Assembly: GCA_001643675.2 (NCBI GenBank)
Contig: LSRY02000029.1
Location: 124,001 to 188,000 of the forward strand
Direction of reading: 5' to 3'
DNA length: 64,000 nucleotides
Source: Monocercomonoides exilis PA203
Taxonomy: Eukaryota; Protista; Preaxostyla
The translations under genes and the position numbers were made by a program. Below are positions 10,901-22,466 of the stretch, piece by piece (position 1 is the first letter of the stretch; the number at the start of each line of letters is the position of its first letter). Under the pieces are notes generated by a model. It was not told where the DNA came from. It made no database searches and was given only the letters and a program-made list of their open reading frames with translations.

Positions 10901-13900
10901 CGGTGCTTGAACCCAAACTCGATGGAATAACAAACGAAATATTGCTCATCAACGTCTTCGCCATTGCCGTCACCAAACTGCTGCTCTCTTTTGCCTCTTC
11001 CACTCCAATTTCTATTTCTGTCGATGCAGCTTCGCAATATATGTTCCATTCAGAATCTTTCAAAACCAGATATTCCTTCCATAGAAACCCGCATTTCAGG
11101 ACAAAAGTCTGCTTCACAAAGTCTGATCGCTTTGATGCTGCAAACGCAATTGTGCTGCACGGATAGTTGCGATATCCGCACACATCAAAGTCAAAGTTAT
11201 TGTCTCCGCCAACATAAGCCAGCGAAGTCACATCCACAAGATAAAAATACAAAGGAATCGGGTAATCGCGATTTCCTCCCTCAAATCCCATAAACTCCTC
11301 TTCTGTCTGCTCCCCCTGTGGTATCTCGAACTGCAGGAAATTACTCTCCAGTGCTGTGCGAATGTCCGGAACATCCATAAAAAACTTGCTTCCTTTCCAA
11401 GCACGGCAGCTCACAAAGCTCAGCTCTTTTAGCAATATTCCAGAAGATTCTGAGCCAATACAAAGAAATATGCCTCCACCTTTCCCTTGTGCAGCTGGCT
11501 TTTCTGATGCCAAACAACTTTCAAACAAAGTGTTTGATTCATTTCCGATTCTCACCTCGCTCGTCGCGCTTGCTTCAATGTTGATTGCTCCTCCACTCCC
11601 ATTTCCTGTCTCACAATCCCTAAATGTGCAGTTGTTGATTGCCAAGATGCCTTGTCTGCCCATCTGCCACCCAATCACCCCTCCTCCTTCCCCTCCACTT
11701 CGTTTGACTTCACAAAAGGTGCAGGCATCCAGTGTCAGTTTCTGCTCCTCATTTTCGGACACTGCTGACGAATCAAACGAAAATACCGAAACTCCCGAAA
11801 GGAAGAACCTTTCAGCAGAAATGCCTGAAAGTGTGGCAATCCCTCCTGTTCCAGAAACAAGCAGCGATGCAGTGAAAGGAGTGGATAATGTGTGATCTGC
11901 TGATGGTGCAATCAAAATTTCACTGATATCAAGAACACCCCCTCTGGAAACGGCAAACAACGAAATATCTCTTCTCTCATTTGAATGCTCAATCGAAAAC
12001 GTGCTTGCTTCCAAATGGCCATTCGCTGCTACGAACAGCGATGATCCTGATACAGATGTGGTGGATAAAATTGTGTTCCTCTTGTCTTCTCCAGAAATAA
12101 CAATATCTCTGTTCGCAGCTTCTATAAACTGCGGGTCAAATGAACTTTCCAGCAAGACTAATTTGCATGAGGCCATTCCATCAAGACGTGTGTTCAGTGT
12201 GTAGTCAATGGTCTTGCAGGCTGAAGATCTTTGCAATCCGCAATATTCCACCAGCAATCCTCCTGAGCATGCAAAAAGAGTCAATCCATCGAGAATCCAA
12301 TCCTTTTTGTATGAAAACTCATTATTACTTGTGCGCCAGCACACTCTCTGCTCAGAAGGATTAGACGTGTAGCATTCAAATAAAGCAGAATCTGAAATTT
12401 TGTCTTTTTGATCATCTATGAAAACATCATGCCCTTGAGCATCGGAAGATGAACAATAACAATCTTGAAATTGAAAGAATGAACATAATTTTTGAGAACC
12501 TTCTTTAACAAAAAGTGGTTCTAATGACAATCCACCCCCTTGAAAAGAAGCTGTGCATTTGTAAAAAATACAGCTTTTGGAAACTGTGCGAACATCTGGA
12601 GCAGGACGAAAGCAAAGCCCACCACCAGTTCTTTCTGCCACAGAACAGGTAACAAACGAACAGTTATTAATCACAGTGTATTCGATTTTTTCTGCCTCTC
12701 CCTGAAAAGATATTGGAGTTTGCAACCTCACATGAAGCCCTCCTCCACTGTATGTGGAATTGCATTCCATAAAAAAACAATTGGAAACAAGACAAAAATT
12801 ACTGATATTTTGCGTATAAAGCCCTCCGCCATCGAATGAAGTTGCCTCACATTTGACAAATGAACTGTTTGCCACACTCAAATATGAATTCGAAGCAGCA
12901 TATATTGCACCTCCGTATTCACTGGCATGGCAACTGATGAATGTGCAAAAATTAACAGTTAACTCCACAGCGCTCGTTTTTATTGAAATTGCGCCTCCAC
13001 GGTCTCCAGTTGAGTCTGTCCATTCACACCAAGCAAATGTGTTCATCCCAGAGCTGAGAGATGTCTGCCTCGAGGGCCTTTGTGGATTTCCCTCTGATCC
13101 GTTGATATTGACATTCGAAGTGCGCCGGCACAGTGAAAATGAATTGTTGAGAAAATGAAACCTTGGCTTGTGCTCAGAATTGATTGACTGTGTAATTCCC
13201 CCATCAAACGCATCATACACACATCCAAACAAACAGCTCTCGAAAGAGCATGCCTGTGAAAATGCACAAAGCGCCTGCTGTGAATGCAGTGCTGATGACG
13301 ACACATTCCTGAAAGTTGCACCTTCAACAGAAACATGGGCAATCGATGGAGGCAAAAACGGCACAGACAAATGAATAAAATCCGCAAAAGTGCACAATGC
13401 AATGGAAAGCTCGCTCGACAGCGCCAAATGCTCGTACGAAAGTGGAGAAGCCAAAAGCGGAAACTGTTGAGCATGTTGACGAAGATTGAAAGAAACATTG
13501 CACAGCTGCACATTTCCATCAAAGCTGAGCATTGGCGAGTCGTCGGCCTTTCCCACAACATCTATCGCACAAGACGATGCGCTGACAAAAGAATTCGCTC
13601 TGACCCTGACAAGGGACTCTTTTCCTGCCACCATAAATGTTGTGAAACATATTTGTGTCGAAGCATTTTGCAAAGAGAAAGATGCAGACACCGAGCTCTG
13701 CTAGCATAACCCACACAATAAATAATAACGAGGAAAAAAGCTATGATTTTCAAAGCAAGCAACAGAGCACAAACCTCAGCCAAGCAATATTCATTAATAT
13801 TTGATTGCTTCCTTCGAAGGGACTCCTCACTGAAAATATTCTTGCAGTCCTCTGCGGCACATAAATAGACCAGCAGTTCAAAACACATTTTGAATTTCAT
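4932..13900 (-). CDS. Giant (~2960 aa) type I membrane protein: Cys-rich beta-helix ectodomain, one TM helix, truncated TKL/kinase-like C-terminal lobe
   Basis: 2919-aa ORF plus a predicted first exon 13900-13775 (MKFKMCFELLVYLCAAE...), intron 13774-13701 (GTTTGT...TAG, phase 0). Repeated GGAI / GGG[IL][FY] ... F..C.A motifs; TM ALIVIVLLVVMLLIVLVVSIILAVRW; kinase subdomain VIII-XI-like RWMAPELL, FTIGMMLWECLTLDIPF, CLSQQKNERPT. Confidence 0.85.
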
Positions 13901-14535
13901 ATCTTTTGTGTTCAAGCAAAAGTCTCGTTCAACAATAAAAATAGGGTTGAAAGTTTAAATGAGGAGTAAGGCAAATAAAATCCCGACAATAGAAATTAAA
14001 AAGAAGCTTAAATCTATCCAATGTATATTTTTGCTGAAAAGTTTGTCAAAAGCCTTGAAAATCAAAACGAAACAATCAATAAATATTGTTATATGTATGA
14101 TCTGGAAAAATCTTAAATCCTAAATTGTTTTATGAATTGTTCTCAAGTCCACATGCACTGTTTTATTGCTGTTGAATTTGAAATGTGCAATAATTTTCTT
14201 TATAATTCTATATTGCAATAACTTTTCTATATTTTTATTTAATTTTTTTTTTGAAAAAAAGGAATATTTTAATTCTTCTTATGTATTGTTTCTTGATAAA
14301 GCCAAGAATAAATTTTATAATTTAATAATGACATCAGTGAAAAAAAACGGTTTTGACGAAAAAACATCTATGAAAAAACATGTAAGAGTTATCTTTTTGC
14401 AACGGCCACAATTCTCAAAAAATGAAGTATCAAATAGGGTGATTTATTAACCCGAATATTTTTTTGAAAACCCGAATAAAAAATAAACAAATTTATTTTT
14501 GTGTATTGTGTATTGATTTCGTTTTTTAAAAAATA

Positions 14536-16131
14536 TTAATAATAAATATAATCAACAAGCTCTCGTTTGACAATTTTTCGAGTATTTCTTTCTTTTTTTT
14601 CATCATCAGAAAAATCATCATTTAAAATTTTCAATGGGTCGAATTTTCTTTTTTTCGGTTTTTCATCTTCAAACAAAGCCTTTTCAATTTCTTCATTATC
14701 TTTTTCTTCATTTTTTGACTCTTTTCTTTCATCCTTTTCTTTTTTCCATTCTATTAAAAATTCTTCATCGGTAATTAATTTTCCAAAATAATCAAACCTT
14801 TTTGTTCTTTTCTTCAGAGTGACAGAAGGTTCTTTTGGCAGCTTCGCTAACACTTCGTGCCACTGATGTGACAGTACTCCGCTCTTCGCAAATGATGATT
14901 TGATTGTAGAAGGCAACAAAGAAGTTTGTAAAGCTTGTGGAAGCACATCAGCGAGCGCTTCTCGTCGCAAAACAACAGAAGAAGAAGAAGGCGCTTCATA
15001 ATTAGCATTTATTGTCTTTTTAAAAACAGCAAACACCCCACGATCCAACGGCTGTGCGATGTGAGTGGTGTGGGGTACGAAGGTGACCACATCTATTGAA
15101 GAATCGGCGAACTTCTTCCACAAGTCAGGCTGCGCTCTCGAAGAATGAGAATCAAGAAGGAGAAGGCAACGTTCATCTTTCTTCTTCAAAGTTTCTCTTC
15201 TTTGTGTGATCCCTGGAAGCAACACTTCTTCAGCATATTTGAGGAATAGCGCTTCAGTCATCCAGCCTTCATTTTCACCCCAAACATCTAACTGCGAACT
15301 CAGAACAAGGCGCAGTTCATCTGGCAGTTTCCGACAAGGCCACAGAACGACGCTTTTTAGGGAGTAGCCATCAGCTGCAGCTGCAACGACGAGAGTTGAA
15401 TTCGGCATGTTCATTGGTGTTTTGGAGAAACCGGCAGGCATGTCGGAAGGATGGAAAACAAGAGAAGAGAAAGAATCAGAGAGTCGGAGAGAAGATTCAT
15501 CAATATTAAAGATGAGAGAGTTAGAATAATGATGTTGATCATGAAGGTTTTGTAGAAGAGTGAAAAATGGAAGAAGAGTTTGTTGGTTTGATGCGGAGAG
15601 CCTTTGGATGTCGACATTTCGAGGATGAGAAGCTTTGAGATCGGGGTTCCTTTTTGTGTACTGATAAGGATATGCTTTCGAAATGTTCACTTCTTCATCT
15701 TCTTCGTCGAAGTCGTCTTTTTTCCTATCATTGATAACAGTGTTCATCTGAATATATAAAAAATAGATAAATACAATAAATTAAAAATTGTAACAAACTA
15801 ATTTCCTCATTTGCGCAGCATTGTAACTTGTCCCACTTTCACATTCGATTTTTAGCACTCCAAATATAGTTTCCTTTTCTTCCTGATTGAATAATTCTGG
15901 TCTTCCATTTTTCCCTGCCTTCCTTCCTTTTTCCACAGCAGTAACTGCCCTATCAATTGCCGAACGAGTAAATTCCTTCATGTTCGCAGCATCAGCAACC
16001 CGAGCTTCTCCATTAGAAATAATTGTTGCAACACGCTCTAATCTACTTTCAATATGTCGATATTGGAAGGATCTCATTAAACTTCTAATTTTCTTTAATC
16101 CTTGTTGTCTTTTGATTTCCACAACACTCAT
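14536..16131 (-). CDS. DD35D (DDE_1-type, pogo/Fot1/Tigger-like) transposase, 514 aa, two exons
   Basis: Exon 1 16131-15799 (HTH-like: VADAANMKEFTRSAIDRAV...GRPELF); 51-nt intron 15798-15748 (GTTTGT...TTCAG, phase 0); exon 2 15747-14536 with FNIDES, EGWMT, LLLLDSHSSR, PHTTHIAQPLD. I count 35 residues between the second and third Asp. Confidence 0.92.
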
Positions 16132-16244
16132 TTAAAAATATTTTTTGGTTATGATCATTTTTTTTATTTTAAAAAATTTTTTTTTTGAAATGAAAAAAAA
16201 ATCAAAAAAAATTTTTCAATCAAATTCTAACTTAGTCAGCCCCG

Positions 16245-16338
16245 TTGCTATTACCTAATCTCCTCAGGGGAGGCACCAATCAGAGATGGAGGAGCTAACC
16301 CCCCCATCTCCCCCCCCATCAGAGATTAGGTATAGTAA
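16245..16338. promoter_or_regulatory. GC-rich long imperfect hairpin with CCAAT box upstream of the transposase
   Basis: TACCTAATCTC (16252-62) pairs with GAGATTAGGTA (16322-32); GAGATGG (16283-89) pairs with CCATCTC (16304-10); CCAATCAG at 16276-83; C7 and C8 runs. Confidence 0.55.
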
Positions 16339-16716
16339 TTTGATCTTAATTTCTGACTTCTGACTTTTCCTTATATACTCAAAACAATTAATAAAATATG
16401 AAAAGTGGGTTGATTAAACTTATTAATAAAAAAAATGTTCGGGTTAAAAAAAATATTCGGGTTAATAAATCACCCTAAATCGTTCACAGAAAATAATTCA
16501 AAATACAATGGTTGCTTATAAACAAATAAAATAATTTCTGTAATAAAAGAAAAAAGAAAAAGAAAAGAAAAAGAAAATAACAATCTATTAGAAATAACAA
16601 AATAAACAGAAAAGCTTTCTTCAATTCATCACATAAATAAACAAATGTTGTTTATTTCTCCTTTTGTAAAAAAATAATATAGAAATGAAAAAAGAACCTA
16701 GATTCTCCTTTTTTCC

Positions 16717-18963
16717 TCAACCATGTAGCCTCAAAGATGTGCTCTTTGGATCAGAAATCTGATCGCTTCTTTCATATTCAGGCCTCACACACGCAGGATG
16801 AGGCGACTGAATCATTCCAGGTGCATCTTCTCCTTTGTCAGAACATGCTTTGCTTCCTTTTTTGACACCACTTCCATTCCCTTCCAACCCTGCCAGCCTC
16901 TCCTTCCCATCCCCATTCTCATCCTCATTCTTATCCTCCTTTCCATTCTCCCTCTGCTTCTCTTGCTCTCTCTCAGCCTCCCTCATTTGCCTCCTCGCCA
17001 TCCTCTCCTTCTTTTCTCTCTGCGGAATGACACAGACACAGCAGCATATCAGCACAACCACTGCCACCAGCGCCACAGCCACCAGCGCCGCCATCAGAAA
17101 TACCACAATGAACTCGCTGTTGAGCACCGTCAGCACTTCAATCAGCTCGTCTTGCACAGCACTCTGCACCGTGTCTGTCACTCGCGGAGACTCCGAAAGC
17201 GACTTCGTGCCGGCAAACTGCTTCTTCTCCAGCTGCCCCGACCATCCAGCATCAATCCCAACATCGTTGCCTCCCAAAGCACCCCCGCTGCAGTGCTGGA
17301 ACTTTGATAGGACAACATACACTTTTCCTTTGTTGGCGTTTCTGTGTGAATGTTTGTCTTGTTGCTGTGTGTATGAATGTTGCTCAGATTGATCGGATGT
17401 TCCTTCTTTGGAGGTAGAAAACAATGAATAGAAAGAAGATTTTGATTGCTCAGTCGCTCTTTTATCAGGAGGATTCTGAACTGTTCCTTTGATTTTCTTG
17501 TATTTTGCACCAGAAGGAAATGCATCTTTGTTCATTTGATGTTCTATGATAGCATCTCGATCATCAGAAATAAAGTCATCCTTGCAATTTCCATCATCAT
17601 TTAATGCCTCACACACCATTTTCTCCTCTTCCTCCCAATTACTTCACTCCATTTCCATATGGCCAGCAGGAACCGCAACATTCTCAAACAATATTCCTCC
17701 ACCTGCTCCTTCCCCTGCCTCGCAATGGCTCCACTGGCACTCTCTGCACTCGAGCCCTGCCTCTTCCTGCGCATGGCCGATCTACAAGCCACCGCCTCCA
17801 ATTTCTGCAGTGCATTTTGTGAAGGACACAAATGAGATAAAAGGCAGAGTGGCTCCGCGGTGTGTGGTGAGGGCATATGGATCGATCGGCTTTTCGTAAG
17901 AAGATGGAGATGTTGGAAGACTGACGTCTGGATTTGCAGTGGAACTGGTGAATGGCTGGTGAAATGGATCATTGTGGAGTGATGAATGAGTAGTGGATGA
18001 TGAAAAAGTGGATGAAAAGGAAAATGAAGAAGAAGAAAAAGAAGAAGAAGAAGATGCCTTTGAGGATGATGTTGATGAAATGGGATGATGAATTCCTTTG
18101 TTCTTATCTTCTCCGCCTCCTTTCTCTGTGTCCATGTGAAACGTGAGAAGCACATCCGATTCCAGCAGCAAGGAAGACACCGAAGACAAAGAAGAGAGCA
18201 GCTGCATTTGTGCTACTGACTTTGGCTCCACAGACAGCACCGCCACACCACCACCACGAGCAGCAGAGCATCGCACAAACGATGTCATCAGCAGTTCGCC
18301 TGGTCCATTGAACACACACCCGCCACCCGCTGCTGACGCACAGCAGCGGCGAAAAGTGCAGTTGGAAGTGAACAGATACGGACAGTGGCGGACAAAGGAC
18401 TCATCGAGATCAGGAAGCCGAATAGATGCCGCAGGATGAGTCTCGAAAGCTGATGAGCCGGATTCAGATTTGTGGTTGAGATGAAAGCTTTTCTGGTTCT
18501 CGGAAAATAAATGCCTTCTCAATGAGGTCGAATATTTTGGTGCAGTATTTGAAGATGATGAATGTGAAGAAGGAGAAGAAGGAGATAAAGGAGAAGATAA
18601 ATATGGCTGTTGAAATGAGTTCGAATAAGATCCCTGAGCTTTTGCAGCAAACACTCCCCCACCCATGCCGCTTGGAGATTTCGTTGCCAGGCAGTTTACA
18701 AACTCTGATTCTGTCAACACAAGCACTCCGCTTCCAACAAAGCACAATGCACCGCCATTATCATCACTCTCACAATTCAAAAATGAGCAATATGCGAACG
18801 ATGCGTTTGTGTTTAGCGCCTGCCTTTTGTGGTATGTTGTTCCTGAGCGCTTAATGGTCATATTGGCTGAATGAAAAGTTCCACATTGAAGGCCTCCAGT
18901 GATTCCTCCTGTCATTGCATCAATAAAGCTATCGATTTCACAGTTGCACAAATAATATTCCAA
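16717..18963 (-). pseudogene. Beta-helix-repeat single-pass membrane protein gene with two in-frame stops; 5' exons probably extend towards ~19250
   Basis: ORFs 17782-18963 and 16717-17619 share one frame and are separated by TAG (17784-82) and TGA (17646-44). The intervening translation continues the repeat (GGGGL*IGH...CQWSHCEAGEGAGGGILF). TM segment FIVVFLMAALVAVALVAVVVLICCCVCVI. Confidence 0.6.
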
Positions 18964-19695
18964 TGAATGAAAAGATCAAATATCTCAAAACATATCTGAA
19001 AAAATAAAGTGAATTGAAAACACAAAGACTTCAGAAAAAGCGCCATATCAGCAACATGAAGAACTTTAACAGTTTTGTCCAAATTTGCAAAAAGACTCTC
19101 ACTAAGTCTGACAGAAGAAACAGTAATTATTTGAATTGAAGAAAGAGAAAAATTGCTTTTTAAAGGTTTTTTCCAAATAATAAAAAGGTTATTTGAATAA
19201 AAATATATAAAACGATATGGGGAAAGAATGTGAAGCTTTCATTTGCATTTAATAAATCAAGTTTTAGGCTTTGAAGATCTCGATAAATGTTCTTTTTCTT
19301 TCAAATAAATAGCAAGAAAAAACCTTTTGTTTGGGTTGAAAATACATAATTTGTTTTACAATCTCTTTCATTATTTTTCTTTCTCCCTCATCGTGCTTCC
19401 AATCATCCAAAATCTAAGTCGATTATCCTTCATTGAAAAGGAAAAACTTCAACGTCAATCAATCGATTTCTTATTCATCTCTCTTTGTTATGTTTTCTTT
19501 TGTTATTTCAAAAATGAACAAAAATTACTAATTTTTTCATTTTGCTCGAATAATTCGATATGAATATTTGAAAACATCAAACATAGCCATATTACTCAAA
19601 ATAGTTATAAAATATAAATAAATTTTGAAAAATTTGTTCATTATTGATAGCTTCCCCCATTATTGGATCATCGAAAAAACATCAAATAGACAAAA

Positions 19696-21287
19696 TGAGT
19701 TTCGACATGAATGAGAAAGAGGTTAGCTTAAATATTTTTCTCTCCTTCGTTTTTCAGACGTTGGCATATTTAAACAATTTTTATTTCAATGAATTGGTTG
19801 AACAATTATCGGCAATGTTTCATATTGTATTCACGAATCTTCGTTGAAAATTCAGGGTTCAACTCTGACAAAAATGTTTTTAGGTTAGCAAATCGTGAGA
19901 ACTTTTATTTATTGAACCTTATTTTATGTTGAATTTTGAAGAAATGTATTCACGATTTGTCAGCTGCTCTTTTGATCAAATTCAGACAATATGTGAAATG
20001 AAATTGTTGATGGACAAAATGGAAAAGAGAGAATTTATGATATTTTTTCAGTTGAAAAATTTAATGAAATTGACAAATTGATTGAAGAAAAGAGATTATC
20101 TCAAGGAAACTCCATTTTGCTATTGAAGAACGTTGGATATTGTAATGTGAAGAAAATGATATGGAATGAAAAAATTGATTCTTCTTCATTGCGTGAAAGA
20201 ATAATGAAAATGATTATTGATGAAGAGAATAAAAAAGAAGAGAAGAATGAAAAGCTGTTAATTGATCTTTGCGAATGTTTTCTTTGTTTAAGTAATTATT
20301 TCGATTATTTTTATGAAGGGCCGTCAGAATTAATTTCAATTTGTGTAACGAATCTTTTAATAGCTGCCTCGCACAAAAATGAAGATGAAGAAACTCGAGC
20401 AGAAGTTGAAATTGCAATTGTAATTTTGAGTAAAATTGAAAGGCATTATGTGTGTATTCCGTACCTTTTTTTGCATAAAGCAATATTTTAAATGTACAAA
20501 TGTATTGATAATAAAATAGAATAGAGATAGCGAACTTTTATTGTGCAAGATTACAGAAATTATGAAATATCATCAAGAACATCGCAACCTCTCTCATCTT
20601 GCATATCAAGCTGCTTGGAGAATTCTAACAAGAAGATCGTTTTTTGATCCAAAAATTCAGATTATAATTGATGATGACCTTCATTTTGTGAGTGAGACCA
20701 TAAGAGAACTTGTCGATTTAACCAGATACGTGAATTGGTTCGAAAAGAAAAAAGAGGAGAATTTGTCAAAAAATATTTGGATCATTGAAAGATGGGGTTT
20801 TTCCCTGTGTAATACATATGCTCACTGCAAATTCAACAGAAACGAATTCGTTGAGCTATTTTCCTGCATTGCGAATATGTGCAAATTGTCAAAGATGAAC
20901 TATAGAGACCTACGATCACAATATATATATATTTTATATATTATCTTCGAAAGAAGAGAGGCGAATGTTGAAGATCTTTTGAAAGGTGGTGCTGTTGAAG
21001 TTTGCTTGGATGAAATCTGCTGGCCAACATTGGAGAATGATCCAACATGGAGTTGTCTTAGCATATTCATGTTTATTTCCAAAGAATTGAGTGGAATGAG
21101 TTATTTGAATTCAGAAGAAACTAACAATTCAAAAAGGAAGATTATTAAAAGAAGGATGTTCGAAAAAATGGAGGAAGAAGGATTTGAAGATTTAATGATA
21201 AGTTTTCAAGAAATCTTGAGCTTCCCAAGCCCACTTCGTATTTCCAGAAATTTCATCAACTCATCAGATTATTTTGTATGGAAATGA
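19696..21287 (+). CDS. Member of a lineage-expanded alpha-helical (ARM-like) protein family; multi-exon, with an apparent 1-nt frameshift
   Basis: Motifs EENKKEEKNEKLLIDLCECF, EETRAEVEIAIVILSKI, EIMKYHQEHRNLSHLAYQAAW, RRMFEKMEEEGFED, which I recall from an expanded Monocercomonoides family. Intron from 20461 to ~20524/20530. Frame change near 20034-20037. Start codon uncertain. Confidence 0.65.
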
Positions 21288-21564
21288 ATTCCTTGCAACT
21301 TTCCAATTCCTTTTTGATAATAAGATTTCCAAAAAATGACATTATAAAAAGAAAATAAAAACCTGGAGTATTTCAGTTTTTAATTTTCAAATTATTTTTT
21401 CATCATTTTAATTTATTTGACATTTTAATTTTTATTTTAATTTTTATTTTTGGATGTCTCAAAAATGATAAAATACTTTCCAAGCATTTGAATGTGATTA
21501 TTTGAAGCTTCTTGTTAGTTTTTATGGTTTCAAAACAAGTTTATTGTTTGTTAAATGTTTGTTT

Positions 21565-21743
21565 GAGATTTTATAATTTCATTTATGAAAAAAAAACAGA
21601 GATTTGTTTGAACTTTTTCTTGTTTCTTCTCATTATAAGTTGAACATTATAATGTCAAAATAATATAGTTTGATTATTGAATTACGAAAAAGTTTAAAAA
21701 ATGGTGGATGGAACAAAATTCAAAAAGGAAGATATTTTTTCCC
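21565..21743 (+). mobile_element. MITE family C, degenerate copy (~179 bp)
   Basis: TTCATTTATGAAAAAAAAACAGAGATTTGTT and ATGGAACAAAATTCAAAAAGGAAGATATTTTTTCCC match both ends of 62740-62916; flanks GTTT / ATTT. Confidence 0.6.
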
Positions 21744-22197
21744 ATTTTATTAATGTTGATGATCCTTTTTGAAATCATAAAATTTTCCAATGAATGGATT
21801 TCAGTCAAAACCGGACAAAAACTCATCGAATATAATCAATATCGTTTATCGTTTCATTTTTCTATGATAAAAAAATTTTCCTTTTTCCATTCATTTTTCA
21901 TTTCATATAATCAAAGGACTAAATATATATAATCGCATTCAAAAATTTCTGTGTGTAATTTTAACAATGAATTAATGATTTTTTGATCAACATTCTCCCT
22001 TTTCGATAATTCAGAGAAAATGTTTCAATTTGTCCAAATAATGTTAACTCATAACTTAAATAGTAATAACTTTTAAAAAATATTTTTTTGTGAAGAATTT
22101 TCAAAAATGGAGAAAAGCGACATTAAATCATGAAAATTATTTTTGAAATCATCACTTTTTTCGGGATGTTTGTCATTTTGAAAATTCATTGTCATTT

Positions 22198-22466
22198 GGG
22201 GGAAAATATGGACTTTCAAGCTTTTTTTTGCATAAAGCACAAAATAATTGCTTTTCTCATAACTTTATATCGCTTTCTCTTATTACAAAATTATTTCGAT
22301 TTTCATATCTGTAAACAAACATCATTGATATAATAACACAATGTTTTGTGATCTCACATATGTATGAAAAAAGAAACCAATTTTTTCCATTTTTTTGATA
22401 ATAAAAAGTTAATCAAAAGCTCATAATTTTTCAATGAAAAATGCCTGAAGTCAAATATTTTGTTTC
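22198..22466 (-). mobile_element. MITE family B (269 bp), reverse orientation
   Basis: GGGGGAAAATATGGACTTTCAAGC ... AATGCCTGAAGTCAAATATTTTGTTTC; ATTT on both sides (22194-97, 22467-70). Confidence 0.85.

Larger units (their letters stand above)
14436..16476 (-). mobile_element. Autonomous pogo-like (IS630/Tc1/mariner superfamily) DNA transposon, ~2.04 kb
   Basis: Perfect ~30-bp TIR AGGGTGATTTATTAACCCGAATATTTTTTT at 14436 and its reverse complement ending at 16476. Each end carries two AACCCGAA motifs. Flanked by AAAT (14432-35 and 16477-80). Encloses a transposase gene. Confidence 0.93.

Noticed and set aside
17644-17784. Alternative genetic code (TAA/TAG read as Gln, as in some oxymonads)
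   Set aside because: Conserved genes here end in TAA or TAG, multi-kilobase ORFs are open in the standard code, and one of the two internal stops is TGA.
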